Shown piece by piece: positions 52,939 to 60,627 of a stretch of DNA of 64,000 nucleotides. This DNA comes from Gemmatimonadales bacterium (GTDB lineage Bacteria; Gemmatimonadota; Gemmatimonadetes; Gemmatimonadales; GWC2-71-9), in NCBI GenBank assembly GCA_035601235.1, contig DATNOR010000007.1, positions 20,959-84,958 on the forward strand. Direction: 5' to 3'. Numbering within the stretch: the stretch's first letter is position 1; each line of letters opens with the position of its first letter. Below the pieces are notes generated by a model. That model saw only the letters and a list, made by a program, of their open reading frames with translations, was not told the DNA's origin and made no database searches. The translations under genes were made by a program, and so were the position numbers.

Positions 52939-55250
52939 GGCGTCTCGGTGTTGAGGAGATATTGAACGGCGAGGTCGGTGAGGCTCCACAGCTGCACGTC
53001 CGAGCTGGAGCCGTAGCGGATCGGCGCCAGGGTCCCGTTGTCGATGCGGTAGCTCCACAGCTCCGCGTGTCGCAGGCCGGACCGGTCCACGGCATCGGTG
53101 ATGCGGCGCAAGGCAGCCCCGATATCATCGCGGCGACGCTGCCGCGCCAGCCCCGCGAGGAGGATGTTCACGTCACGGCCCCACACGACCGTCGGCGAGT
53201 GGTACGCGTCCCGGCGGAACTGCGCCCACACGTCGGACGGCGCGTACGCGTCGTTGGCGACGAGGGGCCCCAACCCGTCCACGAACAGGCCGATGGGATA
53301 TGGCGTGAGGATGGGATCGATCAGCTCGCGTACTCGGTCGGGGGCGAGCGAGTCGACGATCAACAGCATGGCGGGATCGGTGTTCACGATCGGAATCGGT
53401 CGGCCGTCGCCATCGAGTGAAAGGGCGAGGAACCGCAGTGTGTCCGGGGATGGCACGAGGCGCCGCAAGGTGGCGTCCCAGAAGTCCCGCTCGGCCGGTG
53501 GGAGCCAGGCGAGCCGGGCGGCGACGCGGCGGCGCACCTCGGACGGCGCGAGAGTGACCCGGAAGTGCCGTTCCGCCCCTCGCCACACCGCGACCGCCCG
53601 CGCGAGCGCCACCCGATCGCGTGCGAATCGCGCGAGCGCTGCGTCACGGATCGTTGGTGTGACGCCGAGGCCTTTGAGCGCGTCAAGAATTGTCCCCGCC
53701 GCCTCCAGGGCGCGCGGCATCCAGATGACGTTCACGTCCATGGCGAAGCGACCGCCGGCGTACCCCACGCGGCTGTCGCGCCAGCTTGCGGACCGCCAGC
53801 TCCCATCGGATGCGCGCGGGAAACTCACCAGGTTGGTCGCGACTGGATCGCGGGCGTACGGCGCCGCCCGGCGCGCCACCAGCGCCAGATTGGCGAGCAG
53901 CCGCTCCACCCGATGCTCCTCGCTCAGGAAGCGGCGCTTCTCGGCCGCCGGCACGCGCGGGTCCGCGAGGTAGTCGGCGGCGACGAGCGGCAACTGGACG
54001 TCGTCGTCCACCATGGAGTGGTTCTCGCGGGTGGCGGCGAGGGTGGCGAGCTCCGCGCGCGCGCGGGCGAGCAGGCCCGCCGCCATCAGCCGGCTGTACT
54101 CGGCGGCGTGCTCGCGGATGGCCTGGCCGCCGAGCGCCTCCTCGTGGCTCACGTCCCCGTCGGGCGCGAGCTTGCCGAGCGCGCTGGCGATCACGTGCTG
54201 CGCCATCTCCGGCGACCACACCGGCCGCATGAGCAGCGCCGCCATCAACATGTCGCGGCCGAAGTACGTGGCGAAATTGGGCAACCCGGCCATCACCTTC
54301 TCGCGATAGCACAGCAACTCGAAGCCGCGCACCTCGCGCTCGAGCCGCCGGACGCGCTCGGGATGCGCCGTGTCGGCGCGGACGCGGGCGGCGAACCGCT
54401 GGAACTCGTCGTTGAAGATCTCCTGGCGCGTGAGGGGGGTCAGCGCGGCGGCGTCCGTGGTCACGCGGACCGTCCAATGCACGGCACCCCCTGCCGGACG
54501 GCGGATGGTGACGACGTTGCCAAAGACGGCGGGCACCGTTTCCCGGGTGTCGCCTTCGAGCGACAGCCAGAGGTGGGTCTTGCCGTCGAAGCTCGGCTGT
54601 TCGACTGCGACGTTCCATACCGTGTCGCCGCGCTGCAAGTTGATCCGAGGAGAGAGCCGGGCGCGCAGCGCCTCGACGGACTTCACGCCGAGCAGCGCCA
54701 GGTGGCGCGCGCGCTCGGGCCCTTTCAGCTTCGCGATATGGTCGATCAGCTGCGTGAGCTCGGACTGCACGAATGGGGGCGCGTCGAGAGGGAGCGAGTC
54801 GCGCTCCCCGTAGCCGAAGTCCCGCTCCACGCGCATCGAGCCCAGGAGCAGGAGGCCGATCTTGACCGTGGACGGGGCCTCCAGGCCGTAGGACACCGAG
54901 CGCGTGCGGCCCGCGGTCGACCGCTCCACCACGGCGCCCGAAGAGCCCCAGGCGAGCTCGGCGGGTTTCCCCGTCGAATCGCGCACGCTCAAGCCCACGC
55001 TCTCGTTGGCTGCGTCGGCCCACAGGCTCACCACGCGTCCGCTGCTCTTCAGGTAAACCTGGAACGCGTTCCCGCTCGCGTCCTGGTACACGCGGGTCTG
55101 GTAGCCTTCGTACGCGGCCGGGTCGTCGAGCCCCGGCTCCGGGAACGCGAGGTACGGGGGGACGGTGTCGGCCTCACCCCCTGACCCCCTCTCCCTTCGG
55201 GAGAGGGGGAACGCGACTGAGACCATCACTGCGAGCAGGAGCGGGCTCAT
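52935..55250 (-). CDS. secreted six-hairpin-glycosidase-like protein (amylo-alpha-1,6-glucosidase/GDE_C-like; tentative)
   Basis: 771-aa ORF. YFGRDMLMAALL...GDVSHEEALGGQ resembles the GDE_C catalytic-domain entry motif. Short hydrophobic N-terminus MSPLLLAVMVSVA, followed by repeat-encoded residues. Confidence 0.55.
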   Translation of the reverse strand: MSPLLLAVMVSVAFPLSRRERGSGGEADTVPPYLAFPEPGLDDPAAYEGYQTRVYQDASGNAFQVYLKSSGRVVSLWADAANESVGLSVRDSTGKPAELAWGSSGAVVERSTAGRTRSVSYGLEAPSTVKIGLLLLGSMRVERDFGYGERDSLPLDAPPFVQSELTQLIDHIAKLKGPERARHLALLGVKSVEALRARLSPRINLQRGDTVWNVAVEQPSFDGKTHLWLSLEGDTRETVPAVFGNVVTIRRPAGGAVHWTVRVTTDAAALTPLTRQEIFNDEFQRFAARVRADTAHPERVRRLEREVRGFELLCYREKVMAGLPNFATYFGRDMLMAALLMRPVWSPEMAQHVIASALGKLAPDGDVSHEEALGGQAIREHAAEYSRLMAAGLLARARAELATLAATRENHSMVDDDVQLPLVAADYLADPRVPAAEKRRFLSEEHRVERLLANLALVARRAAPYARDPVATNLVSFPRASDGSWRSASWRDSRVGYAGGRFAMDVNVIWMPRALEAAGTILDALKGLGVTPTIRDAALARFARDRVALARAVAVWRGAERHFRVTLAPSEVRRRVAARLAWLPPAERDFWDATLRRLVPSPDTLRFLALSLDGDGRPIPIVNTDPAMLLIVDSLAPDRVRELIDPILTPYPIGLFVDGLGPLVANDAYAPSDVWAQFRRDAYHSPTVVWGRDVNILLAGLARQRRRDDIGAALRRITDAVDRSGLRHAELWSYRIDNGTLAPIRYGSSSDVQLWSLTDLAVQYLLNTETP
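55172..55209. repeat. family 1 repeat, copy lacking the right outer arm
   Basis: CCTCACCCC at 55172-55180. Inner hairpin CCCCCTCTCCC (55185-55195) / GGGAGAGGGGG (55199-55209). Lies in frame inside the N-terminal coding region of 52935..55250. Confidence 0.75.
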
Positions 55251-55326
55251 GTGCGGCGGAATCCTACGCCGCGCCGGGGCGTTGCGCTACCCGTGCACCC
55301 TCTTGACGGGGTATCGTTCCCCCGCC

Positions 55327-58300
55327 ATGCTAGCCGCCCTCATGCGCTGCGCCCTCGTCGTCGCCCTGCTCGCCGTCGCTGGGTGCCGGCCCGAAAGAGC
55401 CAATCGCCCACTGTTCAAGCTCCTCACCCCGGCACGAACCGGGGTGACGTTCGCGAACACCATCACCACCAACGATTCCGTGAACGTGCAAGCCGAGCCC
55501 TACATATACAACGGCGCGGGCGTAGCGATCGGAGACATCGATAACGACGGACTGCCGGACATTTTCTTCAGCGGCAACATGGTCTCGAGCCGGCTGTATC
55601 GGAACAGAGGGGACATGCGGTTCGAAGACATCACGACGTCGGCGGGGGTCGCCACGACCCGGTGGGCCACCGGCGCCACCATGGTGGACATCAATAACGA
55701 CGGGTATCTGGACATCTACGTCTCCGTCTCCGGGTCCGAACGCTCCAAAGGACAGGACCGGGCCAACCTGTTGTTCATCAATAATAACGGCGATCGCACG
55801 TTCACCGAGGCCGCGGCACGCTACGGCATCGCCGATACGGGTTTCACCACCCACGCCGTGTTCCTCGATTACAACCGTGATGGCTGCCTCGACCTCTTTT
55901 TGCTCAACAATTCCCCCAAGGACTTTGCCCGTGGCATAGCGGACACGCACCCGCTCGGCGTCCGCAGCAGCAGCCCGGAAGGCTACAGCAAGCTCTATCG
56001 CAACAACTGCGATGGGACCTTCACTGATGTATCCCGGCAGGCGGGGATCCTGGAGCAGATCGGATACGGACTCGGGGTGGTGGTCGCGGACGTGAACCGC
56101 GACGGCTGGCCCGATATCTACGTCTCCAACGACGTCGCACCCAACGATGTTCTCTACATCAACAACCGGAACGGCACGTTTACCGACAAGGTCGGCGCCT
56201 GGCTCAAGCACACGAGTTTTGCGGGCATGGGCGTCGATATCGCCGACTTCAATAACGACGGCTGGCCCGACATCCTGCAGATGGACATGCTCCCGGCCAC
56301 GCTCGAGCGGCAGAAACGCATGAGCGGGTATCTCACCTATGGCGGTCGCCTCGATCTCCGTCGCAGGGGGTTTCGCGACGCGTACGACGTCAACTCACTG
56401 CAATTGAGCAACGGCGTCACGCCGAACGGGGACGTGGTCTTCAGCGATATCGCTCGTCTCGCGGGCGTGGCGAGCACCGATTGGAGCTGGAGCGCCCTGT
56501 TCGGCGATTTCGACAACGATGGCTATAAGGACATCTTCGTCACCAACGGGTACCCCAAAGCCGCCAACGATCTCGATTACCAGACCGCGATGTTCGGTGC
56601 ACGCCGAGCCGGAGACCACCAGCGTGCCCTGCGACTCCTGAAGGAGCTCCACAGCTACCGGCTGCCCAATTATGTCTTCCGGAACAATGCCGATCTGACG
56701 TTTACCGACAAGACGACCGAATGGGGAATGGACCAGCCTGGCTTCTCGAATGGCGCGGCGTACGCCGATCTCAACAACGACGGCAGGCTCGCCCTGGTGG
56801 TCAACAATATCGACGGGCCCGCGTCCATCTACCAGAACGTCCAACCGCAAGACGATACCCATCACTACCTGGAAATCAAGCTCGACGGAGAGCCTCCCAA
56901 CCGACGGGGGATCGGATCGACGTTGGTTCTCTCGGCCGGCGGCACGAAGCAATACCTCTATCACTCACCCTATCGAGGGTACATGTCCACGATGGACGAC
57001 CGCGAGCATTTCGGGCTCGGCCGCGCCACGCGCGTGGACAGTCTGGAAGTGATCTGGCCGGATGGGCGCTATCAACTCCTGATTGGTCTGGATGTCGACC
57101 GGATGGTGACCGTGCACCAAGGAGACGCTAGAAAGAAGGCAGCGACCTCCCCAACCTCCACCAACCTCCGCAACCCGCTTTTTCTCCCCCGCCGGTTCCT
57201 CAAGTACAAGCAACCGGAGACCGCGAGCGTCGACTACGATGTGCAGCCGCTCTTACCCTATGAGCCTTCCCGGCAGGGGCCTTCCCTCGCCGTGGCGGAC
57301 GTGAACGGCGATGGGCTGGATGACGTCTTCATCGGCGGAGGCGAGGGCATCCCGGGCAAACTGTTCATGCAACGAAGAGACGGCAGCTTCGTCGAGTCTG
57401 TTCAAGGTGAACCCTGGGTGGCGGACAAGGACTACGACGATTGGGGCGCGCTCTTCTTCGACGCCAACGGCGATGGGCTGCCGGACCTGTACGTGGCGAG
57501 TTGCGGCTATCAGCACGCGCCGCAGTCGCGTTTGTTGCAGGACCGCCTCTATATCAATAAGGGAGGCGGGCGGTTCGTGAGAGACACTCAGGCATTGCCG
57601 CCAATGGCGACCTGCACGGCGGTCGTCGCGGCTGGGGACTTTACCGGCGATGGCCGGCTGGACCTGTTCGTGGGCGGGCGCCTCACGCCACGGAATTATC
57701 CGTACCCGACGCGCAGCTATCTCCTCCGAAACGACGGCGGCAGCCATTTCACCGACGTCACCGCGGAGTTTGCGCCGGAGCTCATCCGGCCCGGGGGGAT
57801 GATCACCGCTGCGGTCTGGATCGATTTCGACGGCGACGGGCGGATGGATCTGGTCACCGCCGGCGAGTGGATGTCACTCCAGTTCTATCACAACGACGGC
57901 ACGCACCTGCGCAACGTCACGGCCGCGGTGGGCCTGCCACCCCTGCGGGGCTGGTGGTACAGCCTCGCGACCGGAGACTTGAACCACGACGGGCGCCCCG
58001 ATCTGATCGCGGGCAATGTGGGGCTCAACTTCGCGTACACAACGTCGCCGCACAGCCGGTTCGGGGTGTATGCGACCGATTTCACCGGGAGCGGCACGAC
58101 CGACATCGTCCTGACGCAGGAAATCGACGGAACCGAGTATCCTGTCTTCGGTCGGGCGAAATTGGGACCGTCCATCTACCCGGTGGCGCTGCGATTCCCG
58201 AGCTACGGGTCGTTCGCGGCGGCGTCCGTCGCGCAGCTGTTCGGCACCGCGTCATTGGGGCGCGCTCTGCATTACCAGACGGACACGTTTGCCAGCGTGT

Positions 58301-58659
58301 ATCTCCAGAACAACGGCGACGGCACGTTTAGCTCGGTCGCGCTACCCACCCTGGCGCAGATCGCACCGATCCGTGGCATTATCGTGGACGACCTGGACGG
58401 CGATGGGAACCTCGACCTGATCGTGGCGGGGAACCTGTACGATACGGAGCCGAACACACCGCCGGCCGACGCCGGCAACGGCCTGTGGTTGAAGGGGGAT
58501 GGACGGGGTCACTTCACTCCGGTGCCCGCAGTGGAGAGCGGCTTCCTCGCGCCGCGCGACGTCACGGGGCTGGCGCTCATCAAGACGCCTGCAGGGAAGG
58601 CCGTGCTCGTCGCGAGCTACGGCGATTCCCTGCAGGCGTTTGCCATTGTCAAGCGGTGA
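55327..58659 (+). CDS. CRTAC1-family FG-GAP/VCBS repeat lipoprotein with UnbV_ASPIC domain
   Basis: Start at MLAALMRCALVVALLAVAGC (lipobox VAGC; Met55 of track ORF 55165..58659). Many DxNxDGxxD FG-GAP repeats (DIDNDGLPDIF, DINNDGYLDIY, DFNNDGWPDIL). UnbV_ASPIC-like block GIGSTLVLSAGG...REHFGLG. Confidence 0.85.
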   Translation: MLAALMRCALVVALLAVAGCRPERANRPLFKLLTPARTGVTFANTITTNDSVNVQAEPYIYNGAGVAIGDIDNDGLPDIFFSGNMVSSRLYRNRGDMRFEDITTSAGVATTRWATGATMVDINNDGYLDIYVSVSGSERSKGQDRANLLFINNNGDRTFTEAAARYGIADTGFTTHAVFLDYNRDGCLDLFLLNNSPKDFARGIADTHPLGVRSSSPEGYSKLYRNNCDGTFTDVSRQAGILEQIGYGLGVVVADVNRDGWPDIYVSNDVAPNDVLYINNRNGTFTDKVGAWLKHTSFAGMGVDIADFNNDGWPDILQMDMLPATLERQKRMSGYLTYGGRLDLRRRGFRDAYDVNSLQLSNGVTPNGDVVFSDIARLAGVASTDWSWSALFGDFDNDGYKDIFVTNGYPKAANDLDYQTAMFGARRAGDHQRALRLLKELHSYRLPNYVFRNNADLTFTDKTTEWGMDQPGFSNGAAYADLNNDGRLALVVNNIDGPASIYQNVQPQDDTHHYLEIKLDGEPPNRRGIGSTLVLSAGGTKQYLYHSPYRGYMSTMDDREHFGLGRATRVDSLEVIWPDGRYQLLIGLDVDRMVTVHQGDARKKAATSPTSTNLRNPLFLPRRFLKYKQPETASVDYDVQPLLPYEPSRQGPSLAVADVNGDGLDDVFIGGGEGIPGKLFMQRRDGSFVESVQGEPWVADKDYDDWGALFFDANGDGLPDLYVASCGYQHAPQSRLLQDRLYINKGGGRFVRDTQALPPMATCTAVVAAGDFTGDGRLDLFVGGRLTPRNYPYPTRSYLLRNDGGSHFTDVTAEFAPELIRPGGMITAAVWIDFDGDGRMDLVTAGEWMSLQFYHNDGTHLRNVTAAVGLPPLRGWWYSLATGDLNHDGRPDLIAGNVGLNFAYTTSPHSRFGVYATDFTGSGTTDIVLTQEIDGTEYPVFGRAKLGPSIYPVALRFPSYGSFAAASVAQLFGTASLGRALHYQTDTFASVYLQNNGDGTFSSVALPTLAQIAPIRGIIVDDLDGDGNLDLIVAGNLYDTEPNTPPADAGNGLWLKGDGRGHFTPVPAVESGFLAPRDVTGLALIKTPAGKAVLVASYGDSLQAFAIVKR
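57146..57175. repeat. family 2 repeat, solo arm inside the CRTAC1-like CDS
   Basis: CCTCCCCAACCTCCACCAACCTCCGCAACC matches the right arm at 51279-51319. Translated as TSPTSTNLRN in the inter-module linker. Confidence 0.65.
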
Positions 58660-58677
58660 GACGCGTAAGACCTCGTT

Positions 58678-58717
58678 CCCCCTCTCCCGAGAGGGAGAGG
58701 GGGACAAGGGGGTGAGG
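58678..58717. repeat. family 1 repeat, copy lacking the left outer arm; candidate bidirectional terminator
   Basis: CCCCCTCTCCC (58678-58688), GAGA, GGGAGAGGGGG (58693-58703), ACAA, GGGGGTGAGG (58708-58717). Fills the 59-nt gap between convergent stops at 58659 and 58719. Confidence 0.75.
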
Positions 58718-58718
58718 C

Positions 58719-60596
58719 TTACCACCCCGGGTTCTGCACCAGATTGTCCTGCGCCCCGGACCTGCTCACCTCGATCTGAACGGTCGGGATCGGGTAGAGC
58801 GCGTACTTCGGTAAGCTGAAGATGGCCGCGGTCCCCAGATACGGAATCCGGCTCTTTTCCTTGAGGACGTAGTTGGCGATCACGGTATCGGCGCCGCCCC
58901 AGCGGCGCAGGTCGAAGAACCGCTGGCCCTCCATCGCCAGCTCGAGCCGCCGCTCGTACTGAATCGCGGTACGCGCGTAGGCCTGACTCGGGAAGGACGG
59001 ATACAGCCCGATGCGATACAGCGCCCACGGCGTCCTCAACGAATCGAGTGTCGCCGTCCGGATCAGTGTGTCAACCATGCGCTCATCGGTCGCGCACGCG
59101 GGGTATGTCGCCTTCAAGATGCTGTCCGATTTGGTATCGAACCCCTTCCCACACCCCTGGGCGACCTGCCCCGCACGCGCTCTGATCTGATTCACGATCG
59201 CGAGCGCGTTGGCGAGGGACCCGTTGGGGGATTCGACCTCCGCCTCGGCAAGGAGCAGCAGCATGTCGGCGTAGCGGAAGATGTGAATGTTCACATCGTT
59301 GGTCTGCGTCGCCTGCCAGCCGACGTTGTCTTCCGCGTTGGCGGCATTCTCGTGGACGTTCTTCTTGGGGCTGTATGGGCCGCTATACAGGGCATCCCGG
59401 ATCCACGACCGATCGTGCAGCCCCCAGTCCTTGTAGGGGACGAGATCGCGGCCGACGGTCCAATCCAGTCGCGGATCGACTGGCGTCAGGTTGCCGCCGG
59501 CGAAGTTCGTGTCGGGGTTGTTCCACGCCGAGGTCGACACTGCCAACGGCAGGCCGTTCGCGTCCACCGCGAAGAAGTTGACCAGATTCTGCGAGGGCTG
59601 GTGGAAGCCGCAGCAGCCGAAGTGGCTGCCCGAATGCGGGAAATTCAGCCGCTCGCCCCAGTTCGAGTTCCACCCGCTCGGCTCGCCGTCCCGGACGGAG
59701 GCCTGAAACGCGAGAATCGTTTCCAGGCCGTCGCGATATTGCGCAAAGCCGGTCCAGACGTGGTCGAAGCTCGTCTCCAGCTGGTATGGCCCGCTCGTCC
59801 GCACATTGCGCAAGGTGACCAACGCCGAGTCCCACAACGCGGGCGTGAGGGCGGCGCCATACACCTGGACCCGGCCCTTATAGGCCCTCGCGGCCCACGA
59901 GGTCGCGCGTCCCAGCTCGCCGTTGCGCGGCGTCGCCGGCAGCAGCGTGATGGCGCTGTTCAAGTCGGCGATGATCAGCTTCACGATCGAATCGAGCGCC
60001 AGGTTGTTGGGCTTCCGGAACCCGCCCTGGGCGACCGGCGTCGTATCGGTTTCGAAGTAGTAGGGGATGTGCCCCCACATCCGATACGCCTCGAAATGAT
60101 AGTGGGCCCGGAGGAACAAGGCTTCGCCCCGGATGGAGAGGGAGTCCGCGCCGATCTCCAGCGGGTTCCTCGCCAGGACTTTGTTCAGGAGATTGAGGGT
60201 CGCATTGGCTCGGAATACACCCTCGTAGACCTGACTCCACTTCTGGTTCAAGTACCCTTCGGCTTCCCCCACGGACCAGTAATAGGTCTCGATGTCGTTG
60301 ATGGGTTGCTGGTCGCCTGCGTTGGAGCCCTTGTGGGCGTCGCCGCTCGGGATACTGCCCCACACCCAGTTGCTGGCTGCGCAGCCCCACGAGCCGGCGG
60401 AGCTGCTGCTACAGTCGAGCGACCGGTAAGCGGCGATGAGGGAGCCCTCGACGCCGGCCTTGGTCTCGAGCGATACCTGCTCGACGGATCCTTGCGCCGG
60501 CTGATCCAGAAAGTCCTTGCAGGCGTACGTGACCCCGGCGGCTACGAGCACGCCTGCCATCCCGAAGAGCAGTCGATTCCGATTTCGCTTGTTCAT
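58719..60596 (-). CDS. SusD/RagB family nutrient-binding outer-membrane lipoprotein
   Basis: Start at MNKRNRNRLLFGMAGVLVAAGVTYAC (Met113 of track ORF 58719..60932 = 60596). Lies immediately downstream of SusC. SusD-like blocks (RAHYHFEAYRMWG, IFRYADMLLLLAEA). Confidence 0.85.
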   Translation of the reverse strand: MNKRNRNRLLFGMAGVLVAAGVTYACKDFLDQPAQGSVEQVSLETKAGVEGSLIAAYRSLDCSSSSAGSWGCAASNWVWGSIPSGDAHKGSNAGDQQPINDIETYYWSVGEAEGYLNQKWSQVYEGVFRANATLNLLNKVLARNPLEIGADSLSIRGEALFLRAHYHFEAYRMWGHIPYYFETDTTPVAQGGFRKPNNLALDSIVKLIIADLNSAITLLPATPRNGELGRATSWAARAYKGRVQVYGAALTPALWDSALVTLRNVRTSGPYQLETSFDHVWTGFAQYRDGLETILAFQASVRDGEPSGWNSNWGERLNFPHSGSHFGCCGFHQPSQNLVNFFAVDANGLPLAVSTSAWNNPDTNFAGGNLTPVDPRLDWTVGRDLVPYKDWGLHDRSWIRDALYSGPYSPKKNVHENAANAEDNVGWQATQTNDVNIHIFRYADMLLLLAEAEVESPNGSLANALAIVNQIRARAGQVAQGCGKGFDTKSDSILKATYPACATDERMVDTLIRTATLDSLRTPWALYRIGLYPSFPSQAYARTAIQYERRLELAMEGQRFFDLRRWGGADTVIANYVLKEKSRIPYLGTAAIFSLPKYALYPIPTVQIEVSRSGAQDNLVQNPGW

Positions 60597-60627
60597 CGTC
60601 CTTCGCCCCCCGAATAAAGACGACTCC

